Source of the DNA: an uncultured Gammaproteobacteria bacterium
GTDB lineage: Bacteria > Pseudomonadota > Gammaproteobacteria > Steroidobacterales > Rariloculaceae
NCBI GenBank assembly: GCA_964503125.1
Contig: CAZCZE010000021.1
Coordinates: forward strand, 13,207-77,206
Direction of reading: 5' to 3'
DNA length: 64,000 nucleotides
Shown piece by piece: positions 19,548-28,275 of this stretch. Each line of letters begins with the position of its first letter. Positions within the stretch are counted from its first letter, which is position 1. Under the pieces are notes generated by a model. The model did no database searches. It worked only from the letters and a program-made list of their open reading frames with translations, and was not told the origin of the DNA. The translations under genes and the position numbers were made by a program.

Positions 19548-20459
19548 CTAGGTCGACGACGACGCCGGGCGCGGCGACCAATCCCCGGGGCCGAAGAACT
19601 GCTCGATGAGCCCGCCCAAGCTCCCGCCGAACACTTCCTCCGCGGCCGATTCACCGCCGTCCCGGAACGACGCCCGGCGCGTGAACTCGATGAGCGCAGC
19701 GATGTCGTGGCCCAGCGCGCGCACGCAGTAGCGCGCGAGCTCGTAGCTCAGGCCGTTGCCTTCGTCGGTGCGGGCGAACGAGCGCCCGCTCCAGAATTCC
19801 TGAATGGTCTGCTCGTTCCAGAAGTCCTGGTGCTCCGTCATTCGCTCCGGGTCCATGCGCAACGGCCGGTTGCCGCAGATCTCGTTCTCGAATGTCACGG
19901 CAAACCCCTCGTTGAGCCAGAGCGGCAGCGGCAGGTTCCTCAGGTGACAGTGCGTGAGCTCGTGGGCGATGACGGCCTCGGTTTCGGGCAAATCGAAAAA
20001 CGGGATGGCGACATGGCCGTATTCGGCGTTGAGGAAGACACCGCTGCTCAACGGGTGCTCGCCGTCGGGATAGAAGTAGGCGCTGTACTCGTAGTACGCC
20101 TCCTGGCTCGCGAACAGCATGACGACGCTCTTGCCGTGACCGCCATCCTCGACCGCGCTGTCCAGCCCGGCGCGAATCTGCTTCCAGGCGCGCTCGACGA
20201 AGCGCTCGACGAGCGCGGACACGCGCGTATCGAGCGGCGTCAGCACCAGGAAATTCGCGGTCTCCGCCACCCTGTACGGGGAGCCGAGATGCTCCGCCGT
20301 GACCTCGAGCCACGTGCGCGCGACGCGGCACCAGTGCTCGTGCGCCCCGGTCTGCGGCAAGCGCTCGACGAGCGCGTCGAGAGCCTGCCAATGGGGGCGC
20401 GGGAAACCCTCGAGCACGGGCATGTGGCGCGCGACGGACTCTCGATCGAGCACATCCAT
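19548..20459 (-). CDS. Hypothetical protein with gluzincin-type HExxH motif
   Basis: AHELTH followed by WLNEG; GGAG before ATG 20459. Confidence 0.7.
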   Translation of the reverse strand: MDVLDRESVARHMPVLEGFPRPHWQALDALVERLPQTGAHEHWCRVARTWLEVTAEHLGSPYRVAETANFLVLTPLDTRVSALVERFVERAWKQIRAGLDSAVEDGGHGKSVVMLFASQEAYYEYSAYFYPDGEHPLSSGVFLNAEYGHVAIPFFDLPETEAVIAHELTHCHLRNLPLPLWLNEGFAVTFENEICGNRPLRMDPERMTEHQDFWNEQTIQEFWSGRSFARTDEGNGLSYELARYCVRALGHDIAALIEFTRRASFRDGGESAAEEVFGGSLGGLIEQFFGPGDWSPRPASSST

Positions 20460-20550
20460 TGGAGCACTCCCCGACGATTTCGCCCCAAATCGAACACGGC
20501 GCCGCGGGTCCGATAGACTCGCCTTACATCCTAGCGAAAGGAACCGTGCA

Positions 20551-21858
20551 ATGGAGAGTCTATTCTCTGCGGAGCGTTGGCTGGCGGTGTGGAACACCGC
20601 CGTCGACTGGCTGCTCGCGAACGTCCTCGTCGTCGACACCGGAACGCAACTCGCGCTCGTCGCATTCGCATTCGGCGTCGCGGCGCTCTCGGCCCGCCGC
20701 TTGCGGCCGGTGCTCGACCGCCTGAAAACCCACGCGATCCTGGGCCGCGGCGCACAACTGCTGGCGCAGCTGTTGCTCCCGCTCATCTGGCTCATAGCGT
20801 TGTGGCTCGGTCTCTCCGCGGCCATCGCCATGGGCCAGCCTTCGGGCATCGTGAGCACCTTCGCGACGCTCGTGGCGGCGTGGATCGCCATCTATTTGGC
20901 GTCGCAGCTCGTCAAGAACCCGATCTGGGCGAAGCTCTTCGCCTGGGTCGCGTGGTCGATCGCGGCCCTCAGCATCGTCGGGCTGCTCGACCCGGCCGTG
21001 GCGTTGCTCGACTCGGCCGCGATCCAGGGCGTCTCCGCCTATGACGTCATCAAATCCACGATCGCATTCGCTGTGCTGCTGTCGGTCGCGATGTACTCCG
21101 CGGGATTGATCGAGTCGCGCATTCGCACGAGCAGCGCGTTGTCGCCCACGGTGCAGGTGCTATTCACGAAGTCGCTCAAGATCGTCCTCGTCTCGCTCGC
21201 GATCCTCATCGCGATCAACAGCGTCGGCATCGACCTCACGGCCCTGGCCGTCGTCGGCGGCGCGATCGGCCTCGGCATCGGGTTCGGCTTCCAGAGGACC
21301 ATCAGCAATTTGGTCAGCGGCCTCATCCTGCTCATCGACGAGTCGATCAAACCGGGCGACATCATCTCCGTGTCGGGCACCTATGGCTGGGTCACGACGC
21401 TCGGCGGCCGCTACGTCTCGGTCGTGACGCGCGACGGCGTCGAGCACTTGATCCCGAACGAGACGCTGATCTCCGAACGCGTGGAGAACTGGACGCACAC
21501 GCACAGCCGCACGCGGCTCAAGCTCGACGTCGGCGTGCACTTCGACTCGGACCTGCGGCGGGTGATCGGCCTCTGCGAGGAGGCGGCGCGCGAGACCGAG
21601 CGCGTGCTCGCAGATCCCGAGCCGAGATGCCTGTTCATCGAGTTCGGCGACAGCGCGCTGAAGCTCCAGGTGCGTTTTTGGATCGCCGACGCGCAGAACG
21701 GCGTGCAGAACGTCAAGAGCGCCGTGCTGCTGCGCATCTGGGAGAAGTTCAAGGAGCACGCCGTCGAGGTGCCCTACCCGCAGCGCGACCTGCACGTGCG
21801 CTCGCCGGGGCCGAGCCCGCTCCCGGCGCCCGAACGCACCGCCCAGCGCTCGGCGTAG
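20551..21858 (+). CDS. Small-conductance mechanosensitive channel (MscS family)
   Basis: GIDLTALAVVGGAIGLGIGFGFQ, IKPGDII, LIPNETLI, FGDSAL, VPYPQRDLH. Confidence 0.93.
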   Translation: MESLFSAERWLAVWNTAVDWLLANVLVVDTGTQLALVAFAFGVAALSARRLRPVLDRLKTHAILGRGAQLLAQLLLPLIWLIALWLGLSAAIAMGQPSGIVSTFATLVAAWIAIYLASQLVKNPIWAKLFAWVAWSIAALSIVGLLDPAVALLDSAAIQGVSAYDVIKSTIAFAVLLSVAMYSAGLIESRIRTSSALSPTVQVLFTKSLKIVLVSLAILIAINSVGIDLTALAVVGGAIGLGIGFGFQRTISNLVSGLILLIDESIKPGDIISVSGTYGWVTTLGGRYVSVVTRDGVEHLIPNETLISERVENWTHTHSRTRLKLDVGVHFDSDLRRVIGLCEEAARETERVLADPEPRCLFIEFGDSALKLQVRFWIADAQNGVQNVKSAVLLRIWEKFKEHAVEVPYPQRDLHVRSPGPSPLPAPERTAQRSA

Positions 21859-21876
21859 GAGCTCGACGCGGAGCGA

Positions 21877-22065
21877 CACGAGGAGTTGTTGGCCAAGCTC
21901 GACGCGGACGAGGAAGGCCGTGCTGCGGCGAGCGGCCGAAGAGTACCAGACGTGATTCTTGCGATCGATCAATCCAGGTTGCTGTCGTTCGTGGGTTCGC
22001 TGAGCGCAGCGCAGATGCGGCAGGTGTGCCGCGCGTTGGCGATCGCGGCGGGATGCGCGGATTGA
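21877..22065 (+). pseudogene. Collapsed relic of an RHH antitoxin plus PemK/MazF-type toxin pair
   Basis: One frame gives EELLAKLDADEE then IDQSRLLSFVGSLSAAQMRQVCRALAIAAGCAD*. A shifted frame at 21917-21946 gives AVLRRAAEEY. No start codon. Confidence 0.6.
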
Positions 22066-22080
22066 AGGCTGCCTAGAGAG

Positions 22081-23787
22081 TCACGCCGCTATCGTCGACC
22101 AGCTCGCGATCACGCGCTCGGCCGTGCGCCAGGCGAGCGCCTGGGCCGTGAGCGTCGGATTGCGCGCGCCGCTCGTGCCCATCACGGACGCGCCGAGCAC
22201 GCCCAAGTTCGGCACCTCGTGACAGAAGCCCCAGCGGTCGACGACGTTGCTCTCGGGGTTGTCGCCCATGCGCGTGCCCCCGTACGCGTGCGTCGAGACA
22301 CCCATCGTGCCTATGGCCAAGCGCACCGTCGCGATCGCGCCCGCTTCGAGGAACCACTGTTCCATCTTGTCCTGGATGAAAGCGGCGACGCGTTTCTCGT
22401 TTTCTTGGTGATCGGCCGTGATGCGCACGACGGGGTCGCCGAGCGGATCCTTCACCGTAGGGTGCAGATCGAGGTAGTTCACCTCGTACGGCAGCGTCGT
22501 CTTCTGCAAGTACGAGTTGACCCAACGGTCGGCGTTCTCCATGACGAACGCCTTCCACTGCGAACCCCAACGCGGCGCGCGGTCGAACGTCGGCATGCTC
22601 GCGGCCGCGATCGGCCGTTGGTCGGAGTACACCCAGAGATTGCCGCCGCCGACGAAGTCGAGACCCGCGTGGTCGAAGTTGTCGTCGGCAAAATCGTCGA
22701 TCGCGACGCCTTGCGCCGGGAGCCCGTACCAACGGTTGAGCTTGTGCGGAAACAACGCGAGCACGCCGCCGGCCTGGTTGTGCGTGAAGTAGTGGCGGCC
22801 CACCTGGCCGCGATTGTTTGCGAGCCCGCGCCTAAAAGCGCGCGACGTCGAGAGCAGCAACAACCGTGTGTTCTCGTACGTGTAGCCCGCGAGCAGCACG
22901 ACCGACGCCGGCTGAATGTAGGTCTCGCCTTCCTTCAGATACTGCACGCCCGACGCGCGCCCTTCCCCATCGACGTCGATGCGCGTGACGTGTGCCTCGG
23001 TCACTACGCGCAAGTTGCCCGTCGCCTCCGCGCGCGGAATCGTCGTCACGGCCGTCGAGTTCTTCGCCGACACGTGGCAGCCGCCGCGATTGCAGAAGCC
23101 GTGATAGAGGCACGCGCTCCGGCCTTGATAGGTCTCGGAGTTGACAGCCGCGGGACCGGGGAACGGGTGCCAGCCGAGCCGCCGTGCCGCACCGCCCATG
23201 AGCTCCGTGAACTCCGTGCCGCGCAGCGGCGGCATCGGGTACGCCTGCTCGCGCGCGCCCTCGAAGATGTTGCCGCGGGGATCGATGGCGCCTTTGACGT
23301 TGCCGGCCTGCCCCGAGACGCCGAGCGCGCGCTCGACCTTGTCGTAGTAAGGCTCGAGCTCCGTAAGACCGAACGGCCAGTTTTCGACGGTCGAGCCCTT
23401 GGGGATGCGCGCCGCGCCGTAGCGCCGCGTGGTGTCGCTCACCACCTTGAAGTCCCAGGGGTTCAAGCGCCAGCTCTGCGCCCAGTAGTGCAACGTCGTG
23501 CCGCCGATGCCGTTCATCATCGGGTGAATCGCGCCGCGCGGGTTGTCGGGCGCCGCGGCGTTCGGCCGGTGCACGGGCACCTCGCGATTGGCCTTCTGCG
23601 CAGCGTGAGGCCAACCGCGGAAATTGTTGCGCAGCTCGTCGGGCGCGAAGTCGCGCGGCGTAAGGCGCGTGCCGGCCTCGAGGCCGACGACCATAAGCCC
23701 CGCGGCCGCGAGCGGCTCCACGGCCACGCCGCCGGCACCGCCGAGGCCGATGACGACCACGTCGGTCGGCGTAAGCCTAGTCGTCAT
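22081..23787 (-). CDS. GMC-family flavoprotein (gluconate 2-dehydrogenase alpha-subunit-like)
   Basis: GLGGAGG, NGIGGTTLHY, CLYHGFCNRGGC, STHAYGGTRMG, NPTLTAQALA. Confidence 0.9.
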   Translation of the reverse strand: MTTRLTPTDVVVIGLGGAGGVAVEPLAAAGLMVVGLEAGTRLTPRDFAPDELRNNFRGWPHAAQKANREVPVHRPNAAAPDNPRGAIHPMMNGIGGTTLHYWAQSWRLNPWDFKVVSDTTRRYGAARIPKGSTVENWPFGLTELEPYYDKVERALGVSGQAGNVKGAIDPRGNIFEGAREQAYPMPPLRGTEFTELMGGAARRLGWHPFPGPAAVNSETYQGRSACLYHGFCNRGGCHVSAKNSTAVTTIPRAEATGNLRVVTEAHVTRIDVDGEGRASGVQYLKEGETYIQPASVVLLAGYTYENTRLLLLSTSRAFRRGLANNRGQVGRHYFTHNQAGGVLALFPHKLNRWYGLPAQGVAIDDFADDNFDHAGLDFVGGGNLWVYSDQRPIAAASMPTFDRAPRWGSQWKAFVMENADRWVNSYLQKTTLPYEVNYLDLHPTVKDPLGDPVVRITADHQENEKRVAAFIQDKMEQWFLEAGAIATVRLAIGTMGVSTHAYGGTRMGDNPESNVVDRWGFCHEVPNLGVLGASVMGTSGARNPTLTAQALAWRTAERVIASWSTIAA

Positions 23788-24418
23788 CGCGCTCGCCTTC
23801 CGTCTCGTGCGCGTCGAACTGCGCGTGGTCGTAGGCGGAGCGGTAGTCGGGTGACGGCGCCGCGCTCATGCGCTGTTGCTCGGCCGTGACCGCGAGCGCG
23901 ACCCCGGGATAGCCGAGCAGCTCCCAGCCGACGAAACCCTGATTGCCGCCGTAGTGCGGGTCGCCGAACGTGCCTTCGAACGTGTGGCCGAGCACGAGGT
24001 CGAAGAACGCGGCCGACGACGGCGTGAAACCGGTCGCGCGGTTCTGCTCGAGGTCGGTGAGCACGGCGTCCTGCCGCTCGGGCGCGAGCGCGGCAAACCC
24101 GGCGCCCGCTGTTGCGCGCGCATAGGATTCGAGCGCTGCGAGGCCGGCGGCGTAGGCCGGCCGGTGCGCCCCAAGCGCGTCGCCGAGCGCGCCGTCGATG
24201 TAGCGTGCGGCGCCGGCCTCGAGCGCACCGGGCCCGTTCGCGTCGTTCGGGATGAGCCGCGCGACGACGGCCTCGAGCGTGGCGGCCTCGGCCGGCGACA
24301 GGTTGACGTACGGCGCAGCGCGCGCGGCCTGCGCGAGCGCTGCCGCCGGTATGACCGTGACGGCGCCGACCGCAGCGCTGCCGCGCAGCACGGCACGGCG
24401 CGACCACCGCGGGCTCAT
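23777..24418 (-). CDS. Gluconate 2-dehydrogenase subunit 3-family protein, Tat signal
   Basis: SRRAVL twin-Arg motif, LIPND..GPGA, EGTFGDPHYGGN...GW..LGYPG. Confidence 0.9.
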   Translation of the reverse strand: MSPRWSRRAVLRGSAAVGAVTVIPAAALAQAARAAPYVNLSPAEAATLEAVVARLIPNDANGPGALEAGAARYIDGALGDALGAHRPAYAAGLAALESYARATAGAGFAALAPERQDAVLTDLEQNRATGFTPSSAAFFDLVLGHTFEGTFGDPHYGGNQGFVGWELLGYPGVALAVTAEQQRMSAAPSPDYRSAYDHAQFDAHETEGERDDD

Positions 24419-25107
24419 GGCGCGAGCTCGGGCGCCACGCCTTCGGGCAACGGGTGCTCGTCGACGTTGAGCAGCATCGACACGAGCCCGTAGTAGCCGA
24501 GCGTGAAGACGATCTCCGTGACGCCCTGCTCGCCGAACGCCGTTTTCGCGGCGGCGAACGTGGCATCGTCGACGCGCTGGGTCCCCAGCAGCGCGGAGCA
24601 GAAGTCGTAGAGGGCCGCCTCGGGCGCCGACAGCCCGCCCGGCCGTTCGCCGCGAGCGACGGCCGCGATGATCTTGGGGTCGAGCCCAGCCGCGAGAGCC
24701 GCGTTCTTGTGCGCGTTCCACTCGTAGTGCGTAGTCCAGTGGCGCGCCGACAGCAGAATCGCGAGCTCGCGCAACGCCGGCGGCAGCGACGAGCTGAAAC
24801 GCACCTGCGCGCCGAGCTCCTGTGCGAGGTCGCCCATGACCGGCGAGCGCAGCATGACGTTGAACGGCCCGCTCATCGCCGTGCGCGGGCCGTCGAGCAC
24901 GTGACGCGTCATGGTCTTCTGCGCCTCGGTCATCTCGGCCCACGTGAGCGCGCGGAAGCGGTTGCCGACGAGCTTGGGGTCGAGCGTGTCGGGCAGCGCG
25001 GCCGCGTCGGCCGCAGGCGGCGCCGCGCCCTGGGCCGCGAGATTCGCCGCCCCGACGATCGACAGCATCGATGACCCGAGCCAAACCGCGACGAATCGAG
25101 CTTTCAT
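24415..25107 (-). CDS. CMD-family protein with signal peptide
   Basis: GPFNVMLRSP, RELAIL..ARHW..HYEWNAH, GYYGLVSMLLNV; no CxxC. Confidence 0.85.
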   Translation of the reverse strand: MKARFVAVWLGSSMLSIVGAANLAAQGAAPPAADAAALPDTLDPKLVGNRFRALTWAEMTEAQKTMTRHVLDGPRTAMSGPFNVMLRSPVMGDLAQELGAQVRFSSSLPPALRELAILLSARHWTTHYEWNAHKNAALAAGLDPKIIAAVARGERPGGLSAPEAALYDFCSALLGTQRVDDATFAAAKTAFGEQGVTEIVFTLGYYGLVSMLLNVDEHPLPEGVAPELAP

Positions 25108-25213
25108 GACCGCCCCCTTATGGCACCTGGTCCGCCGTGCGAGACGATACACCAGGCCCGTGTTGCAGCGTACAATCCCGGCCGCGAGCCCCACGAATCA
25201 CGAGGCTACCGCC

Positions 25214-26245
25214 ATCGCCACCGAGCCCCTCAGCGAAACGCTGGTTCTGCCCGCCCGCTCGACGTTGTTCCATGTCATCGACCCGCGCGTGTTCGAGCGC
25301 CCGTTGCTCGACGAGCTCTGCGCGCTCGCGACCCGTGTGCGCCTGCTCGCCAAGTCCGACGAGGGCGCCCGTGCGCTGCGCGACCTGCTGCCGACGCGCC
25401 GGGCCATGCTCTATTTCACGCAGCCCTCGACGCGGACGTTCCTGTCCTTCAACAACGCCTGCCACATCGTAGGCATGCGCACGAGCGAGATTCGCGACCC
25501 CTCGACGTCGTCGGAGGTGAAAGGCGAGAGCTTCGAGGACTCGATCCGCACGTTCAGCTCGTACGTCGACGTCATCGTCATGCGCACCAAGGAGTCGGGC
25601 CGAGCCGCGCAGGCCGCACGGCTCATGAACGGCATTCCACGCCCCGTGCCCGTCATCAATGCCGGCAGCGGCAGCGACCAGCACCCGACGCAAGCCCTGC
25701 TCGACATCTACACGTTGGCACGCAGCTTCGCAGCCAGCGGCGGCATCGACGGCAAGGTCATCGGCATGATGGGCGACTTGAAACGCGGCCGCACCGTGCG
25801 CTCGCTCTGCTACCTCATGAAGAGCTACGTCGGCGTGCGGCTCGTGTTCATCGCGCCCGAGCACTTCGCCATGCAGGCCGACGTCAAGGCCTACCTCGAC
25901 CAGCACGACATTCGCTACAGCGAGACGACGAGCCTCGACGACGTGCTGCCGACGCTCGACGCGCTCTACGTGACGCGCATGCAAACCGAGTGGGACACGG
26001 CCGGCGAATCGAGCGCGCTGGATCTGCGCCGCTTCAGCGTCGGCGAGCGCGAGCTCGCGCAGCTCAGGCGCGATGCGATCATCATGCACCCGCTGCCGCG
26101 CGGTCCCGAGATCGACCCCGTCGTCGACCAAGATCCACGAGCGATGTACTGGCGCCAGGAGCGCAACGGCATGTGGATGCGCGTCGCCGTGCTCATCAAG
26201 ATCTTCGCGGCCGAGAGCAGCGTGCTCGAGACCGAGCCGCGCTAA
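25214..26245 (+). CDS. pyrB: Aspartate carbamoyltransferase catalytic subunit (start uncertain)
   Basis: FTQPSTRTFLSF, HPTQALLD, GDLKRGRTVRS, MHPLPR, YWRQERNG. No in-frame ATG near the 5' end. Confidence 0.9.
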   Translation: MATEPLSETLVLPARSTLFHVIDPRVFERPLLDELCALATRVRLLAKSDEGARALRDLLPTRRAMLYFTQPSTRTFLSFNNACHIVGMRTSEIRDPSTSSEVKGESFEDSIRTFSSYVDVIVMRTKESGRAAQAARLMNGIPRPVPVINAGSGSDQHPTQALLDIYTLARSFAASGGIDGKVIGMMGDLKRGRTVRSLCYLMKSYVGVRLVFIAPEHFAMQADVKAYLDQHDIRYSETTSLDDVLPTLDALYVTRMQTEWDTAGESSALDLRRFSVGERELAQLRRDAIIMHPLPRGPEIDPVVDQDPRAMYWRQERNGMWMRVAVLIKIFAAESSVLETEPR

Positions 26246-27249
26246 TCGCCGTCGCTCGCCGAGCCGGCGCTCTCTCGATAGGCGTCTGCCTCGCCGGGCC
26301 GGTCCTTGAACTTCCGGTGGGTCCAGAAATATTGCTCGGGACATTCGCGGATGAAGCTCTCGAGGACGGCGGTGAGCTTGAGAGTGTCGTCGAGGACGTC
26401 CTTGCTCGGGACATCGGGAGGCGGCGCCTGGAAGCGCAGTAGATAACCCGAGTCGTCCGGAAGCCTACGGAAGAACATCGGCACGATCGCCGCGCCGCTG
26501 AGCCGCGCAAGGCGGCTCGGCGCCGTGCTCGTCATGGCCGGATGCGAGAAGAACGGCACGAGCTCGCCACTGTCGATACGCGCCTGATCCGGCGCATAGA
26601 AAACAGCGGCGTTCTGCGCGAGCAAGGCCAGCATCTCGCGGATGCTATCGTTCGCAACCGAAACGTGGGCGTAGCCGGCGCGGCCGCGTCTCTGCAACGC
26701 GTTGAGCAGCGGATTACGCCGCCCGCGGAACATGAACGCATAGAGCGGCACCAGCGGCTTGACCATCGGCGCGCAAATCTCGAGCGTCGTGAAGTGCCCC
26801 AAGTACAACAGGACGCCTTTGCCCTTCGCGAGCGCGTCGTGCAGGTGCTCGACGCCTTCGATGCGAAACAAGTGCGCGCGCCGCTCTGCCGAGCCGTACC
26901 ACGCGAACGCGAGCTCTGCGAAGAACGCGCCGACGTTCGCGAAGTGCCGCGCCATGATCGCGTTTATCTCGCGCGGGGCGAGCTCGGGGAAACAGAGCTC
27001 GAGATTGCGCTTCACGATACGGCGCCGGCGCCGCGACAGCGCGCCGGCGATGCGTCCCAGCACCTTGTGAAGCCGGATCGCCGTGCGCCACGGCAGAGCC
27101 GCCGTTGCGCGCAGCCAGAACGCGAACGCCCATACGGGCCAATACCGCGGCGAGCGGCAACGCGCAAACACGACCTCCGGCGGAGCGTTGAGCAGCTCCT
27201 GAACGTCGGCGCGCGTTCTGCGCGGCTGACTCGAAGGGGATACGGGCAC
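26242..27249 (-). CDS. lpxL: Lipid A lauroyl/myristoyl acyltransferase (start uncertain, GTG 27249 or 27171)
   Basis: PRYWPVW, HFTTLE (Hx4E), YAPDQ, VPFF, PEQYFWTHRKFKDRP. Confidence 0.85.
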   Translation of the reverse strand: MPVSPSSQPRRTRADVQELLNAPPEVVFARCRSPRYWPVWAFAFWLRATAALPWRTAIRLHKVLGRIAGALSRRRRRIVKRNLELCFPELAPREINAIMARHFANVGAFFAELAFAWYGSAERRAHLFRIEGVEHLHDALAKGKGVLLYLGHFTTLEICAPMVKPLVPLYAFMFRGRRNPLLNALQRRGRAGYAHVSVANDSIREMLALLAQNAAVFYAPDQARIDSGELVPFFSHPAMTSTAPSRLARLSGAAIVPMFFRRLPDDSGYLLRFQAPPPDVPSKDVLDDTLKLTAVLESFIRECPEQYFWTHRKFKDRPGEADAYRESAGSASDGD

Positions 27250-27301
27250 CGGAACGTCGTGCTGGCGGGCGGCGCGCTCGCGCCGTCCGCCGGCCCTGCG
27301 G

Positions 27302-27880
27302 CTATTGCGGCGGCGGTGCGCTGCGGTAGCGCCCCACGTAGGCCGCCTTCGCAAAGATCTTGCCCGCCATCGCCGCGAGCAGCTCGTCGCGGCCCGCCGT
27401 GTTCGGCAAATCGAGGTTGGCGTTCAACGCGTAGAGCTCGAACACGTAATGGTGATAGCGCGGTCCCGGCGGCGCGCCCGGGCCGAAGTACGAGTTCTGG
27501 CCCGCGATGTTGCGGCCCGTCACCGAGCCCTCGGGCAAGCTGCCCTCGGGGATGCCTTTGGCCGTGGCCGGGATGTTCCAAGCGAGCCAGTGCAGCACGT
27601 CGTTGGTTCCGCCTTGGAGCGCGACGTCGAGGTCATGAAAAATGAGCGCGTAGCTCACGGTCGTGTCGGGCGCGTTCGAGAACGTGAAGCCGGGCTGCAC
27701 GCCTTCGCGGCCCGCGTACTTCTGCGGCACGATGCCGCCGTCCTCGAACGCCGTGCTCTCCATGAGCAGCGGCGGTAGCCGGAACCCGCCGCCGCCTTGA
27801 GCGAGCGCCGGCGCGCCGGCGAGCGTTGCCAAGATCACGAGCGCGGTCGTCCCGCACACCTTAGTCAATTTCATCGTCAT
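27302..27880 (-). CDS. YbhB/YbcL (PEBP/Raf-kinase-inhibitor-like) protein, secreted
   Basis: HDLD...HWLAWNIP, YFGPGAP, HHYVFELYAL; AGGAGG RBS. Confidence 0.9.
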   Translation of the reverse strand: MTMKLTKVCGTTALVILATLAGAPALAQGGGGFRLPPLLMESTAFEDGGIVPQKYAGREGVQPGFTFSNAPDTTVSYALIFHDLDVALQGGTNDVLHWLAWNIPATAKGIPEGSLPEGSVTGRNIAGQNSYFGPGAPPGPRYHHYVFELYALNANLDLPNTAGRDELLAAMAGKIFAKAAYVGRYRSAPPPQ

Positions 27881-27887
27881 GTTCCTC

Positions 27888-28253
27888 CTAGTAATCGAAT
27901 TCGTAACCGGCCGCGAGATGCAGACCGACCACCACGGCGGCTGCAATCCCCGCGATGAGCCCCGCGCGTTTCCCGCGCGAGGGCGCGGGCACCCGCAACT
28001 CCCAGACTTCGGCACGGCTCACATTGACGCGCTCGTCACGCAGCGTTTTGAGCTCGATCGCACTGTCGGTCAGCGCCACGACGTTGACGTCGTCGTGCCA
28101 ACCGGTCGGCGTCAGCACCGACACACGGTCGCCGGGCTCGAGAGCCGCGACCGTGGCCGCTAGCTCAGGTGACTCGACCGGGCGCATCGTCGTGCAGCCG
28201 GTCGCCGCCCAGGCAGCGAAACACAGTAACGAGACGCGCAGAACACTCGGCAT
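27888..28253 (-). CDS. Hypothetical lipoprotein with C-terminal hydrophobic helix
   Basis: Lipobox-like AATGC; GAGG RBS; GC3-rich codons. Confidence 0.65.
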   Translation of the reverse strand: MPSVLRVSLLCFAAWAATGCTTMRPVESPELAATVAALEPGDRVSVLTPTGWHDDVNVVALTDSAIELKTLRDERVNVSRAEVWELRVPAPSRGKRAGLIAGIAAAVVVGLHLAAGYEFDY

Positions 28254-28275
28254 TGCCCGCTCCTCTGGCCCGACG

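Noticed and set aside
25121-25135. Sigma-54-like TGGCAC-N5-CCGC before pyrB
   Set aside because: The spacing fits, but the -12 element lacks TTGC and the site overlaps the divergent gene's RBS region; too weak.
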